From Roseovarius sp. (GTDB lineage Bacteria; Pseudomonadota; Alphaproteobacteria; Rhodobacterales; Rhodobacteraceae), in assembly GCF_965277045.1 (NCBI RefSeq), contig NZ_OZ255712.1, positions 847,340 through 911,339 of the forward strand: a stretch of 64,000 nt of DNA, in the 5' to 3' direction. The position numbers and the translations under genes are program-made. The first letter of the stretch is position 1, and each line of letters starts with the position of its first letter. Positions 11,075 through 19,124 of the stretch are shown here, piece by piece. The notes beneath the pieces were generated by a model. It was not told where the DNA came from. It saw only the letters and a program-made list of their open reading frames with translations, and made no database searches.

Positions 11075-11082
11075 GGAGGATC

Positions 11083-11107
11083 AACTTTGCAGTGCTGTCA
11101 GGGTTCC
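11083..11107 (-). promoter_or_regulatory. EcfG-type promoter for the mgtC-family gene
   Basis: Minus strand GGAAC (11107-03) - 16 nt - AGTT (11086-83), one mismatch to CGTT. Confidence 0.5.
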
Positions 11108-11249
11108 GTCGCGTCGCGGAGGGGGCCGTTTGGCGGGTTTGCCCGCATGGCGCGGGACGGGGGACTTGAATTGGCGGTTTCCGAGACGAGGTAATCCTGA
11201 CGCCGATGCCGCAGACCGTGGCTCGCACCCCCGAAATAGGAGCTTTCCC

Positions 11250-11774
11250 ATGCCCGTCGCCCTGTCATCCGCCGCCGCGTTCCCCGTGACCGAGATCGAC
11301 CGCCTGGACGGCGGGACGATCCGCCTTGGCAAGCCCGAGGCACTGCCGTGGCACCTGATCTTCGTCTATCGCGGGATCCACTGCCCGATCTGCCGCCAGT
11401 ACCTGCAGGACCTAGAGCCCAAGCTGCAGGAATTCGCGGATATGGGCATCGAGGTAGTGGCCGTGTCGGCCGATACAGAGGCCAAGGCGCGGAAATTGCG
11501 GGCGGACCTTTCCCTTTCGGTACCGCTGGGGTACGGGATGGACGTGGCGCAGATGCAGGCGCTGGGACTGTATGTCTCGGACCCGCGCTCGCCCGAGGAA
11601 ACCGACCGGCCCTTCGCGGAACCCGGGCTGTTCCTGGTCAACCCGGAGGGCGATTTGCACATGGTGGATATCTCGAACGCGCCGTTCCTGCGCCCGGAGC
11701 TGGAGAAGCTGCCGTCGCGGATCAGGTACGTGCTGGAAAACGATTATCCCATACGCGGCACGCATGAAGGCTGA
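11250..11774 (+). CDS. AhpC/TSA-family redoxin (peroxiredoxin-like, CxxC)
   Basis: FVYRGIHCPICRQYL, PFAEPGLFLVNPEG; SD AGGAG upstream of ATG 11250. Confidence 0.85.
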   Translation: MPVALSSAAAFPVTEIDRLDGGTIRLGKPEALPWHLIFVYRGIHCPICRQYLQDLEPKLQEFADMGIEVVAVSADTEAKARKLRADLSLSVPLGYGMDVAQMQALGLYVSDPRSPEETDRPFAEPGLFLVNPEGDLHMVDISNAPFLRPELEKLPSRIRYVLENDYPIRGTHEG

Positions 11775-11813
11775 AGGGCGGACGGGACTGCGCCGGGGGT
11801 TTGACACCGGCGC

Positions 11814-12716
11814 ATGAGCGAATGGATCGTCTCGCTTGAGGGGACCGAGGCCGGTCACCAGCTTGCCCTCGGGCTGGCCTTGCTGGCCGCCGTTCTGCAC
11901 GCGCTCTTCGGGGCGTTGCAGAAAGGGCGGCACGATCCGTGGCTGACGCGCGGTGCGATCGACGGGTCCTATGCGCTGATGGCGGCGCCGTTCGCCCTGT
12001 TCGTGGTGCCGTGGCCCGAGCCGCATATGTGGCCGATATTCGCCACGGCGTGGGTGATCCACACGCTCTACAAGATATTGCAGGCGATGGCCTACATGCG
12101 TGGGGCCTACACTGTCGTGTACCCGGTGGTGCGCGGCACCGGGCCGCTTTTCACCGTGATCGGGGCCTACCTGCTGTTCGGTGAGACATTCAACGCGGTG
12201 CAATGGACGGGCGTGGGCGTGCTGCTGGCCGGGATCTATGGCCTGGCGATCTATAACCTGCGTACGATCAAGCTGGACCGCGAGACGATGCCCGCCGCGC
12301 TGGGGCTGGCGGTGCTGACCGGGCTTTTCGTGGCGCTTTACACCACCTACGACGCCTATGGCATTCGGGCCACCGCGGACCCGTTCACGTTCCTGGCGTG
12401 GTTCTTCATGATCGACGGATTGACGTTTCCTGTCCTCGCCTATCGCCGCTGGCGGGGGATGGCCGATGCGCCGGAGCCCGGACCGCTGCTGCTGCGCGGG
12501 TTTGCGGGCGGGGTCATCGCGTTCTTTTCCTTCGGGTCGATCATGATGGCCACGCGGCTGGACAAGGTGGGCGAGGCGGCGGTGCTGCGCGAGACGTCGA
12601 CGGTGTTCGCCGCCCTGATCGGGTGGCTGATCCTGAAGGAAACGGTGGGGCCGCGGCGGATCGCGCTGATGGCATTGATTGCAGCCGGCGCGGTCATAGT
12701 TGAAAGTGGCGGCTGA
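11814..12716 (+). CDS. EamA/DMT family transporter
   Basis: About 10 TM segments; VYPVVRGTGP and AVLRETSTVFAALIG motifs. Confidence 0.88.
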   Translation: MSEWIVSLEGTEAGHQLALGLALLAAVLHALFGALQKGRHDPWLTRGAIDGSYALMAAPFALFVVPWPEPHMWPIFATAWVIHTLYKILQAMAYMRGAYTVVYPVVRGTGPLFTVIGAYLLFGETFNAVQWTGVGVLLAGIYGLAIYNLRTIKLDRETMPAALGLAVLTGLFVALYTTYDAYGIRATADPFTFLAWFFMIDGLTFPVLAYRRWRGMADAPEPGPLLLRGFAGGVIAFFSFGSIMMATRLDKVGEAAVLRETSTVFAALIGWLILKETVGPRRIALMALIAAGAVIVESGG

Positions 12717-12733
12717 AACGAAGAGGCGAGACG

Positions 12734-13339
12734 ATGGACGACAAGAACGCGAATGGCAAACTGAAGGCAGTGCTGGAATTCGGCCCGGTGCTGGGTTTTT
12801 TCGTGGCCTACCTTATGCTGAAGGACCGCGTGTTCACCATCGGCGGGACCGAATACGAAGGCTTCATCGTCATCACGGCGGTGTTCATCCCCGTGCTGCT
12901 GGCCTCGACCGCGCTGATGTGGAAGCTGACGGGCCACCTGTCGAAGATGCAGATCCTGACGGCGGTTCTGGTGGTGGTCTTCGGCGGGCTGACGGTGTGG
13001 CTGAATGATCCGAAATTTTTCCAGATGAAGCCGACGATCATCTACCTGTTCTTCGGCACGGTTCTGGGCATCGGCCTGCTGCGGGGGCGGTCCTATCTGC
13101 AATACGTGATGGACGGGCTGATGCCGCTGACCGACCGGGGATGGATGATCCTGACGAAGCGGATCACGATCTTCTTTTTCGCCATGGCGGCGCTGAACGA
13201 GCTGGTCTGGCGCACGCAGAGCGAGGAAACCTGGGTCTATTTCAAGACCTTCGGCCTGATGGCGGCGATGTTCGTTTTCTTCATGATGCAGGGCAAGCTG
13301 ATCGCCGAGCATGGCACCGACGAAAGCGGCAAGTCCTGA
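12734..13339 (+). CDS. yciB: Inner membrane protein YciB (IspZ, septation protein A)
   Basis: LEFGPVLGFF, FFQMKPTII, WVYFKTFGL. Confidence 0.92.
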   Translation: MDDKNANGKLKAVLEFGPVLGFFVAYLMLKDRVFTIGGTEYEGFIVITAVFIPVLLASTALMWKLTGHLSKMQILTAVLVVVFGGLTVWLNDPKFFQMKPTIIYLFFGTVLGIGLLRGRSYLQYVMDGLMPLTDRGWMILTKRITIFFFAMAALNELVWRTQSEETWVYFKTFGLMAAMFVFFMMQGKLIAEHGTDESGKS

Positions 13340-13485
13340 TCCGTTTGGCGGCCGTTTCGCCCAGTCCGGGCCTTGAAACACTGCGGATCAGGCTGTCGCC
13401 CCATTGATCCGGCACGCAGGGCGACATGACATGCGCCGCGATGGATGTCGGCGATGATGATCGCGGCGTTCGCGGTCCACGCGGC

Positions 13486-14478
13486 CTATTGGTTCACCGT
13501 ATTGCTGGTGATGCCGCCCGACGACAGCCCCGCCTGAGACGCGCGGGACAGGAACGGCCAGGCTGGCAGGGCGGGTCTGGGCCAGGGCAGCACCCGCGAC
13601 CAGCGCGGATCGGGCATGTCGGGCAGTTGCGCGCGAAGCCGCGACAGCGTGACATGCTGAGGCTCGCGCAGCAGGGCGCGGTAGAAATCGAACAGCCCGT
13701 CGCGCAGGTAGGTCGACCAGTGACAGTAGAATCGCGCCCGCCCGGGCGCCACGCGGAACCCCGCGCGTTCCAGCGAGGGCAGGGTGTCGGGATGGTCAAG
13801 CTGCACGGTCAGGGTGTTGGGCCGTTGCGGCAAGGCCTGTGCAAGGCTGCGGTCGCCGTGTTCGGGGGCCGATATCAGGCGCTCCATCAAGAAATCGAAG
13901 AGGTCGTTCTCGCGCGTGGTGACGCTGATGATCTCGGCGGCGCGGCCGGCCTCGCTTTCGATGGCGGCCCGGGCGGCGGTGCCATATTCGGCCCCGTTGA
14001 GCAGCAGGACGCGTCCGATCGCACCGGCGCGCAGGTGCGGCAGCGCCCCGAGCGCCACGCGCGCGCCCATCGAGTGCGCCACCAGGTGCACGGGGCGGTC
14101 CGGCGCCACCCGGCGTATCATCGTCACGAGCTCCGCCAGGCACAGCCCGGCCCGTTCGGCCTGTCGGTAGGCATTCCAGATGGTGCCACGGGCGGACCAG
14201 CCAAAACCGATGGCCAGCCCTTCGTCGGGCCTGTCCGCCCCGAACCCCAGCCCGCGTGGCCAGCTTTTCGCTTTCCACGTGCGCATCTCGGGATCGAGCG
14301 CGAGGATGTGCTTGTGCGGGCAGGCGGCGGGATGGCCGGGGGCGTATTTGAAACCGTGCGTCATGACGATGATCGGGCCGGGGCGGACCAGAGCGCGGCG
14401 AAGGCTGGGCAGCGGCGCCTCTTCGCTGCCGTGCAGGCACGGACCAAGAGGCGTGGCGTCGATCTGCAAAAGCGGCAT
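13486..14478 (-). CDS. Alpha/beta hydrolase (DUF900/DUF726-like)
   Basis: VMTHGF oxyanion motif and nucleophile elbow HLVAHSMGARVAL. Confidence 0.75.
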   Translation of the reverse strand: MPLLQIDATPLGPCLHGSEEAPLPSLRRALVRPGPIIVMTHGFKYAPGHPAACPHKHILALDPEMRTWKAKSWPRGLGFGADRPDEGLAIGFGWSARGTIWNAYRQAERAGLCLAELVTMIRRVAPDRPVHLVAHSMGARVALGALPHLRAGAIGRVLLLNGAEYGTAARAAIESEAGRAAEIISVTTRENDLFDFLMERLISAPEHGDRSLAQALPQRPNTLTVQLDHPDTLPSLERAGFRVAPGRARFYCHWSTYLRDGLFDFYRALLREPQHVTLSRLRAQLPDMPDPRWSRVLPWPRPALPAWPFLSRASQAGLSSGGITSNTVNQ

Positions 14479-14602
14479 CTTCGACCCTTTCTACTACATC
14501 TTGTGGGCAGCAGTTACTCCAGCCATATGACGGTTGATTGAAGCTTGGGTTACATCACCGTGACGGTGCCACCCGGCCACAGCGGCGCGGCGCAGCTATC
14601 GG

Positions 14603-14631
14603 TTGACGGGCCGCGCTTGGGGGCGTAGAGC
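14603..14631 (+). promoter_or_regulatory. Sigma70-type promoter for the metZ leader
   Basis: TTGACG (14603-08) - 17 nt - TAGAGC (14626-31), directly upstream of the riboswitch. Confidence 0.6.
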
Positions 14632-14634
14632 AGG

Positions 14635-14692
14635 CACGTGGCGATTTGTTACCGGATTGCGGGCCACGTTAAACATCTCCGCTAAAAGGTCA
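14635..14692 (+). ncRNA. SAM-II (SAM_alpha) riboswitch
   Basis: CGTGGCGATTTG...CCGGATTGCGGGCCACGTTAAA...CGCTAAA; P1 CGTGGC/GCCACG; sits upstream of metZ as expected for this class. Confidence 0.88.
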
Positions 14693-14697
14693 GGATG

Positions 14698-14739
14698 AAA
14701 GCTCCCTTTCGCTTGACCGGCTTGGGAGCTTTATTTTTT
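14698..14739 (+). terminator. Terminator-like hairpin in the riboswitch expression platform
   Basis: AAAGCTCCC ... GGGAGCTTT followed by ATTTTTT. Confidence 0.5.
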
Positions 14740-14760
14740 GGGCGGATCGCCCGGAGGTCG

Positions 14761-15954
14761 ATGATGAAAAACGAATGGAACAGACGCACCAAGCTGGTGC
14801 ATGGCGGAACGCGACGCAGCCAGTACGGCGAGGTGAGCGAGGCGATATTCCTGACGCAGGGCTTTGTCTATGACAGTGCCGAGGCGGCAGAGGCGCGGTT
14901 CGTGCAGGCCGGCGATGACGAGTTCATCTATGCCCGCTACGGCAACCCGACCGTGGCCATGTTCGAGGATCGAATCGCCGCCCTCGAGGGGGCAGAGGCC
15001 GCATTCGCCACGGCGAGCGGCATGGCGGCGGTCAGTGGCGCGCTGATCTCGATGCTGAAGGCCGGCGATCACGTGGTGTCGGCGCGGGCGCTCTTCGGGT
15101 CGTGCCTTTACGTGCTGGAAGAAATCCTGACGCGCTATGGCGTTGAGGTGACCTTTGTCGACGGCACCGACATCGAGGCGTGGCGCGCGGCGGTGCGGGA
15201 CGACACCAAGGTCGTCTTTTTCGAGACCATCGCCAACCCGACGCTGGAGGTCGTGGACGTGGAAGCCGTTGCCGGAATCGCCCACGCCGTGGGGGCCAAG
15301 GTGGTGGTCGACAACGTCTTTGCCACGCCGGTCTTTTCTCGTGCAGTGGCGCAGGGGGCCGATGTGGTCGTCTATTCCGCGACCAAGCATATCGACGGGC
15401 AGGGCCGCGCGCTGGGCGGTGTGATCCTGGGCACCGAAGAGTATATCCGCAAGACGGTCGAGCCTTACATGAAGCATACGGGCGGTTCGATGTCGCCCTT
15501 CACCGCGTGGGTGATGCTGAAAGGGCTGGAGACGATCGACCTGCGGGTGCGGGCGCAGGCCGACAATGCGCTGGCCCTCGCCGAGGCCCTACAGGGGCAT
15601 CCGGCGCTGGAGCGGGTGATCTTCCCCGGGCACGCCAGCCACGGGCAGCACGATCTGGTCAAGCGCCAGATGGGCAAGGGCGGTACGGTCATCGCGCTGG
15701 ACATCAAGGGCGGGCAGGCGGCGGCGTTCCGGTTCCTGAACGCGCTGGAGATCGTGGTCATCTCGAACAACCTCGGCGACGCGAAATCCATCGCGACCCA
15801 TCCGGCGACGACAACGCACCAGCGGCTGTCGGACGAACAGAAGGACGCGCTGGGCATCACGCCGGGCCTCATACGGCTGAGCGTGGGGATCGAGGATGCC
15901 GAGGACCTGGTAGCGGACGTGAGCCAGGCGCTGGAGGCGGTGACGCAACAGTGA
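14761..15954 (+). CDS. metZ: O-succinylhomoserine sulfhydrylase
   Basis: YARYGNPT, ASGMAAV, FFETIANPT, VYSATKHIDGQGR with the PLP Lys. Confidence 0.94.
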   Translation: MMKNEWNRRTKLVHGGTRRSQYGEVSEAIFLTQGFVYDSAEAAEARFVQAGDDEFIYARYGNPTVAMFEDRIAALEGAEAAFATASGMAAVSGALISMLKAGDHVVSARALFGSCLYVLEEILTRYGVEVTFVDGTDIEAWRAAVRDDTKVVFFETIANPTLEVVDVEAVAGIAHAVGAKVVVDNVFATPVFSRAVAQGADVVVYSATKHIDGQGRALGGVILGTEEYIRKTVEPYMKHTGGSMSPFTAWVMLKGLETIDLRVRAQADNALALAEALQGHPALERVIFPGHASHGQHDLVKRQMGKGGTVIALDIKGGQAAAFRFLNALEIVVISNNLGDAKSIATHPATTTHQRLSDEQKDALGITPGLIRLSVGIEDAEDLVADVSQALEAVTQQ

Positions 15955-16051
15955 TCCAAGACAGCGTTTCTGACGTATCTCATGTCAAAGTGGTAATTTA
16001 CCGTGATCTGGCATAGATACGGTGCTGTCGGCAGCGAGCGAGGACCCGACC

Positions 16052-17152
16052 ATGAATGTGCACCCGAGTGACATGAAGAAGGTTGCGGACCGCAGCGACG
16101 CCAAAGAGGCGTTGGACATTCTGCGTGCGTGGGCGGAAACGGCCACGCCCGAGGAGGTGGCGGATCTCGATCCGGCGATTGCCCGTCTTCTGCCGCAAGG
16201 CGAAGTGTCGAATTACCCGGCTCTGCGCCGCGACTACCCGGAGGATTTCAAGCCCGACGCGGCCTACAAGGCCAGCATGCCCGATCTGCAGAACGGCCCG
16301 TCGTCGTTGATCAAGGGGGCGCGGCAGCAGTTGCAGCATGTCGGGATTTCGAATTTCCGGCTGCCGATCAACTTTCACACCCGCGAAAACGGCGACCTGA
16401 CGCTTGAAACCTCGGTCACCGGCTCGGTCAGCCTGGAGGCCGAGAAGAAGGGCATCAACATGTCCCGCATCATGCGCAGCTTTTACAAGCACGCCGAGCG
16501 GACCTTCAGCTTCGAGGTGATCGAGGCGGCTCTGGACGACTATATCTCGGACCTGGACAGCATAGATGCGCGCATCCAGATGCGGTTTTCCTTCCCGATG
16601 AAGATCACCTCGCTGCGGTCCGGCCTGGACGGGTACCAGTATTACGACATCGCGATGGAGCTGGTCGAGCATGACGGGGTGCGGCGCAAGTTCATGCATT
16701 TCGACTATGTCTATTCTTCGACCTGCCCCTGTTCGCTGGAGCTGAGCGAACACGCGCGGCAGGCGCGGGGGCAGTTGGCGACGCCGCATTCGCAACGCTC
16801 GGTGGCGCGGATTTCGGTCGAGGTCGTGGGCGAGGAGTGCCTGTGGTTCGAGGACCTGATCGAACTGGCCCGCACGGCGGTGGCGACAGAGACCCAGGTC
16901 ATGGTCAAGCGCGAGGACGAACAGGCCTTTGCAGAGTTGAACGCGGCCAACCCGATCTTCGTCGAGGATGCGGCGCGGCTGTTTTCCGAGCAATTGCTGA
17001 ACGACGCGCGGATCGGCGATTTCCGCGTGATCGCGAGCCACCAGGAAAGCCTGCACAGCCATGACGCGGTCAGCATCACGACGAAAGGCCCGACCTTTGC
17101 GTCCGAAAGCCTTGATCCGAAGCTGTTCACGACGCTGTTTCACGTCGGATAG
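16052..17152 (+). CDS. folE2: GTP cyclohydrolase FolE2 (type IB)
   Basis: QHVGISNFRLP, KGINMSRI, YSSTCPCSLEL, TPHSQRS, VMVKREDEQAFA, HQESLHSHDA. Confidence 0.94.
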   Translation: MNVHPSDMKKVADRSDAKEALDILRAWAETATPEEVADLDPAIARLLPQGEVSNYPALRRDYPEDFKPDAAYKASMPDLQNGPSSLIKGARQQLQHVGISNFRLPINFHTRENGDLTLETSVTGSVSLEAEKKGINMSRIMRSFYKHAERTFSFEVIEAALDDYISDLDSIDARIQMRFSFPMKITSLRSGLDGYQYYDIAMELVEHDGVRRKFMHFDYVYSSTCPCSLELSEHARQARGQLATPHSQRSVARISVEVVGEECLWFEDLIELARTAVATETQVMVKREDEQAFAELNAANPIFVEDAARLFSEQLLNDARIGDFRVIASHQESLHSHDAVSITTKGPTFASESLDPKLFTTLFHVG

Positions 17153-17321
17153 GCCGCGTGGCGGTGCTTTGGCGCGTTTTGTGCTGAAACCTTTGGCAAA
17201 AGCCCGCCGGAATCGGTCGCGACGCTAGCTGCGACGCGGCATAACCTTTTCTGCACGTGCAAAGCTGGTATAACTCCCGTGCAATCTTGCCCGCAGGGGC
17301 GATTCAAAACGGGATAGAGCA

Positions 17322-17990
17322 ATGGATATGTATTCGGCACCGCTGAGGGCGTCCTTGATGGGCCTGCAGCTGAGCGGCATGATCGTGGAAAAGCAGCTGA
17401 GAGTGATGCAGGTGCTGGGGCGCGCCTCCTATGACTCGCAGCTTCAGTTCATGGGTCTGGCCTTTGGCTTGCCGGTTCTGGCCCCGGTGCGGGCGCAACC
17501 GGCCGCCAAGTCGCGTCCCGCAGTGAAACCAGCGGCAAAGCCGGCCGCCAAAAAGACCGCATCGAAGCCGGCGGCAAAGACGACGGCCATGCCCGCGCCC
17601 AAGGCGGAGGCCAAACCGGCCACGAAGACCGCGGCGAAAACGACCGCGAAACCCGCAGCCAAGCCGGCAGAGAAACCAGCCGCGAAGCCGGCCGCCAAAC
17701 CCGCCGCCAAGGCGGCGGCGAAACCGGCGGTGGCCAAGTCGACCGCGAAACCGGCGAGCAAACCGGCCCCGGCAAAGGCGGCAGACACGCCGGCAAAACC
17801 TGAGCCGACGCCGGCCCCGCAGCCAGCGAGCCAAGGCGCGGCCAAACCCGAGACGAGCAACGTGACAGCCTTTCCCACGCCCGAGACGGCCACGGAAAAT
17901 GACAGTGGCGCCAAGCGGCCGCGCCAGCCCTCGGCCCCGCCGGCGATGCCGGATCGGTTCGCGGGTCCCGACAAGGCCGCGGATTCGTAA
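17322..17990 (+). CDS. Ala/Lys/Pro-rich (histone H1/AlgP/PhaF-like tail) protein
   Basis: About 50-aa helical N-terminus, then many AAKPAAK repeats, then C-terminal KRPRQPSAPPAMP. Confidence 0.7.
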   Translation: MDMYSAPLRASLMGLQLSGMIVEKQLRVMQVLGRASYDSQLQFMGLAFGLPVLAPVRAQPAAKSRPAVKPAAKPAAKKTASKPAAKTTAMPAPKAEAKPATKTAAKTTAKPAAKPAEKPAAKPAAKPAAKAAAKPAVAKSTAKPASKPAPAKAADTPAKPEPTPAPQPASQGAAKPETSNVTAFPTPETATENDSGAKRPRQPSAPPAMPDRFAGPDKAADS

Positions 17991-18116
17991 CACGCGGCTT
18001 CAGCCGGATCGGATGACGCGAAGACTGAAATGGCGCGGCCCCTGCTGAAGCGGTGGCCGCGCTTTCCTGTTCCGGTGATGGCGTGGCCGCCGAAAATCCG
18101 CCCGGAGCTCCGAGCC

Positions 18117-18227
18117 TTGCACAGAATGCAGACCGGGGCTTCCACCTTGAAAGTGGTCGTCCGTGGTCTGCAGGTATACCTGTCGACCAGGGGGGAAACT
18201 GAAAGATCAACACACGAGGTTTCCAAG
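18117..18227 (+). promoter_or_regulatory. Conserved operator/leader, copy 1
   Basis: TGCA-N5-TGCA (18118-30), AGTGGT, TACCT, GGAAAC...GAGGTTTCC; collinear with 18712-18820. Confidence 0.6.
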
Positions 18228-18356
18228 ATGGCTACCAGCACAACCAACCTTACCTATGAACACGGTTTCTATCGCCTGGTTCGGAAAATTCCCGAGGCAC
18301 TGAGGAAACTGACCCAAGCCATGACGCGCAAGACCCAGATCGAATGGGCGGCCTGA
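18228..18356 (+). CDS. 42-aa small protein, truncated paralog of the downstream DUF1127 protein
   Basis: MATSTTNLTYEHGFYRLVRKIPEALRKLTQAMTRKTQIEWAA; same start and SD (GAGG) context as 18821. Confidence 0.65.
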   Translation: MATSTTNLTYEHGFYRLVRKIPEALRKLTQAMTRKTQIEWAA

Positions 18357-18711
18357 GCGCCGGAGGCGGCCGGACCGGGATGCCTGGCCGGCACCTGCCA
18401 GCGCCTTGCAAGGCGCACTGATCCATAGAGAACGAAAGGGCCTTTGTCCGGCCCGATGACGAAGCCGCCCTTTGGGACACCTGCAAAGGCACCTGGTCCC
18501 AAGGGCGGTTTGAGTCGCGACCAGGCTCTTGCGGTCGCGGGGGCCACCGGGCCAACGCGGCGAGGGCGTCGAGGTGGCCCAAACGTGTCGTCTGTCGTCC
18601 GGCGAGACGCTGTTCTGGCGAAATTCTCACATTACAGTAAGGACTTGCGTTCCGCCCGTACCCTCCGAGGCGGCCGATGCGGTCTTGCCGGTCGGGGCGC
18701 ACCCTGCGGGG

Positions 18712-18820
18712 TTGCACCAGTTGCAAGTCTGGGTTTCGGGTATGGCAGTGGTACTGACCGATCGTTTGGCCTACCTTGGTGTCAGGGAGGAAACCGAAGC
18801 AACATTCTTGAGGTTTCCAA
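18712..18820 (+). promoter_or_regulatory. Conserved operator/leader, copy 2
   Basis: TGCA-N5-TGCA (18713-25), AGTGGT, TACCT, GGAAACC...GAGGTTTCC. Confidence 0.6.
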
Positions 18821-19033
18821 ATGGCGACTAGCACAACCAATCTTGATCAAGGCGGCTTTTTCACCCGCTTGTTCCACGGCATCGTGGACCGTTTCGACCA
18901 GCACGCGCGCATCATGTCGCGTCGCAGCCTGATCGAGGAACTCACCGCGAAGAGCGACGAAGAACTGGCAGAGATGGGCATCAAGCGCGAAGACATCGTG
19001 CGCCACGTCTTCCAGGACCTGTTCTACGCCTGA
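18821..19033 (+). CDS. DUF1127 (YjiS-like) small protein
   Basis: ...RRSLIEELTAKSDEELAEMGIKREDIVRHVF matches the DUF1127 core (L..LSD..L.DIG..R.DI). Confidence 0.82.
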   Translation: MATSTTNLDQGGFFTRLFHGIVDRFDQHARIMSRRSLIEELTAKSDEELAEMGIKREDIVRHVFQDLFYA

Positions 19034-19124
19034 CTGCCTTTCCCGTTCCTTGGGGGTTCCGGCCATGCCGGGCCCCCGCGGAGCGGCTTGACATAGCTCA
19101 GAACCGGGGCCAAGGCTTTGCTCC

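Noticed and set aside
15955-16051. Zur box upstream of folE2
   Set aside because: No match to the Zur-type palindrome I recall; the palindromes present are of a different form
18444-18932. 162-aa plus-strand ORF spanning the hairpin region
   Set aside because: Arg/Gly/Pro-rich with no motif or SD, and it overlaps the better-supported DUF1127 gene in another frame
18357-19117. Cuckoo/CcsR sRNA repeats next to the DUF1127 genes
   Set aside because: No CCUCCUCCC loop motifs found after either small ORF
17153-19117. Prophage or integrative element explaining the folE2-trkH insert
   Set aside because: No integrase, transposase, tRNA or flanking direct repeats visible
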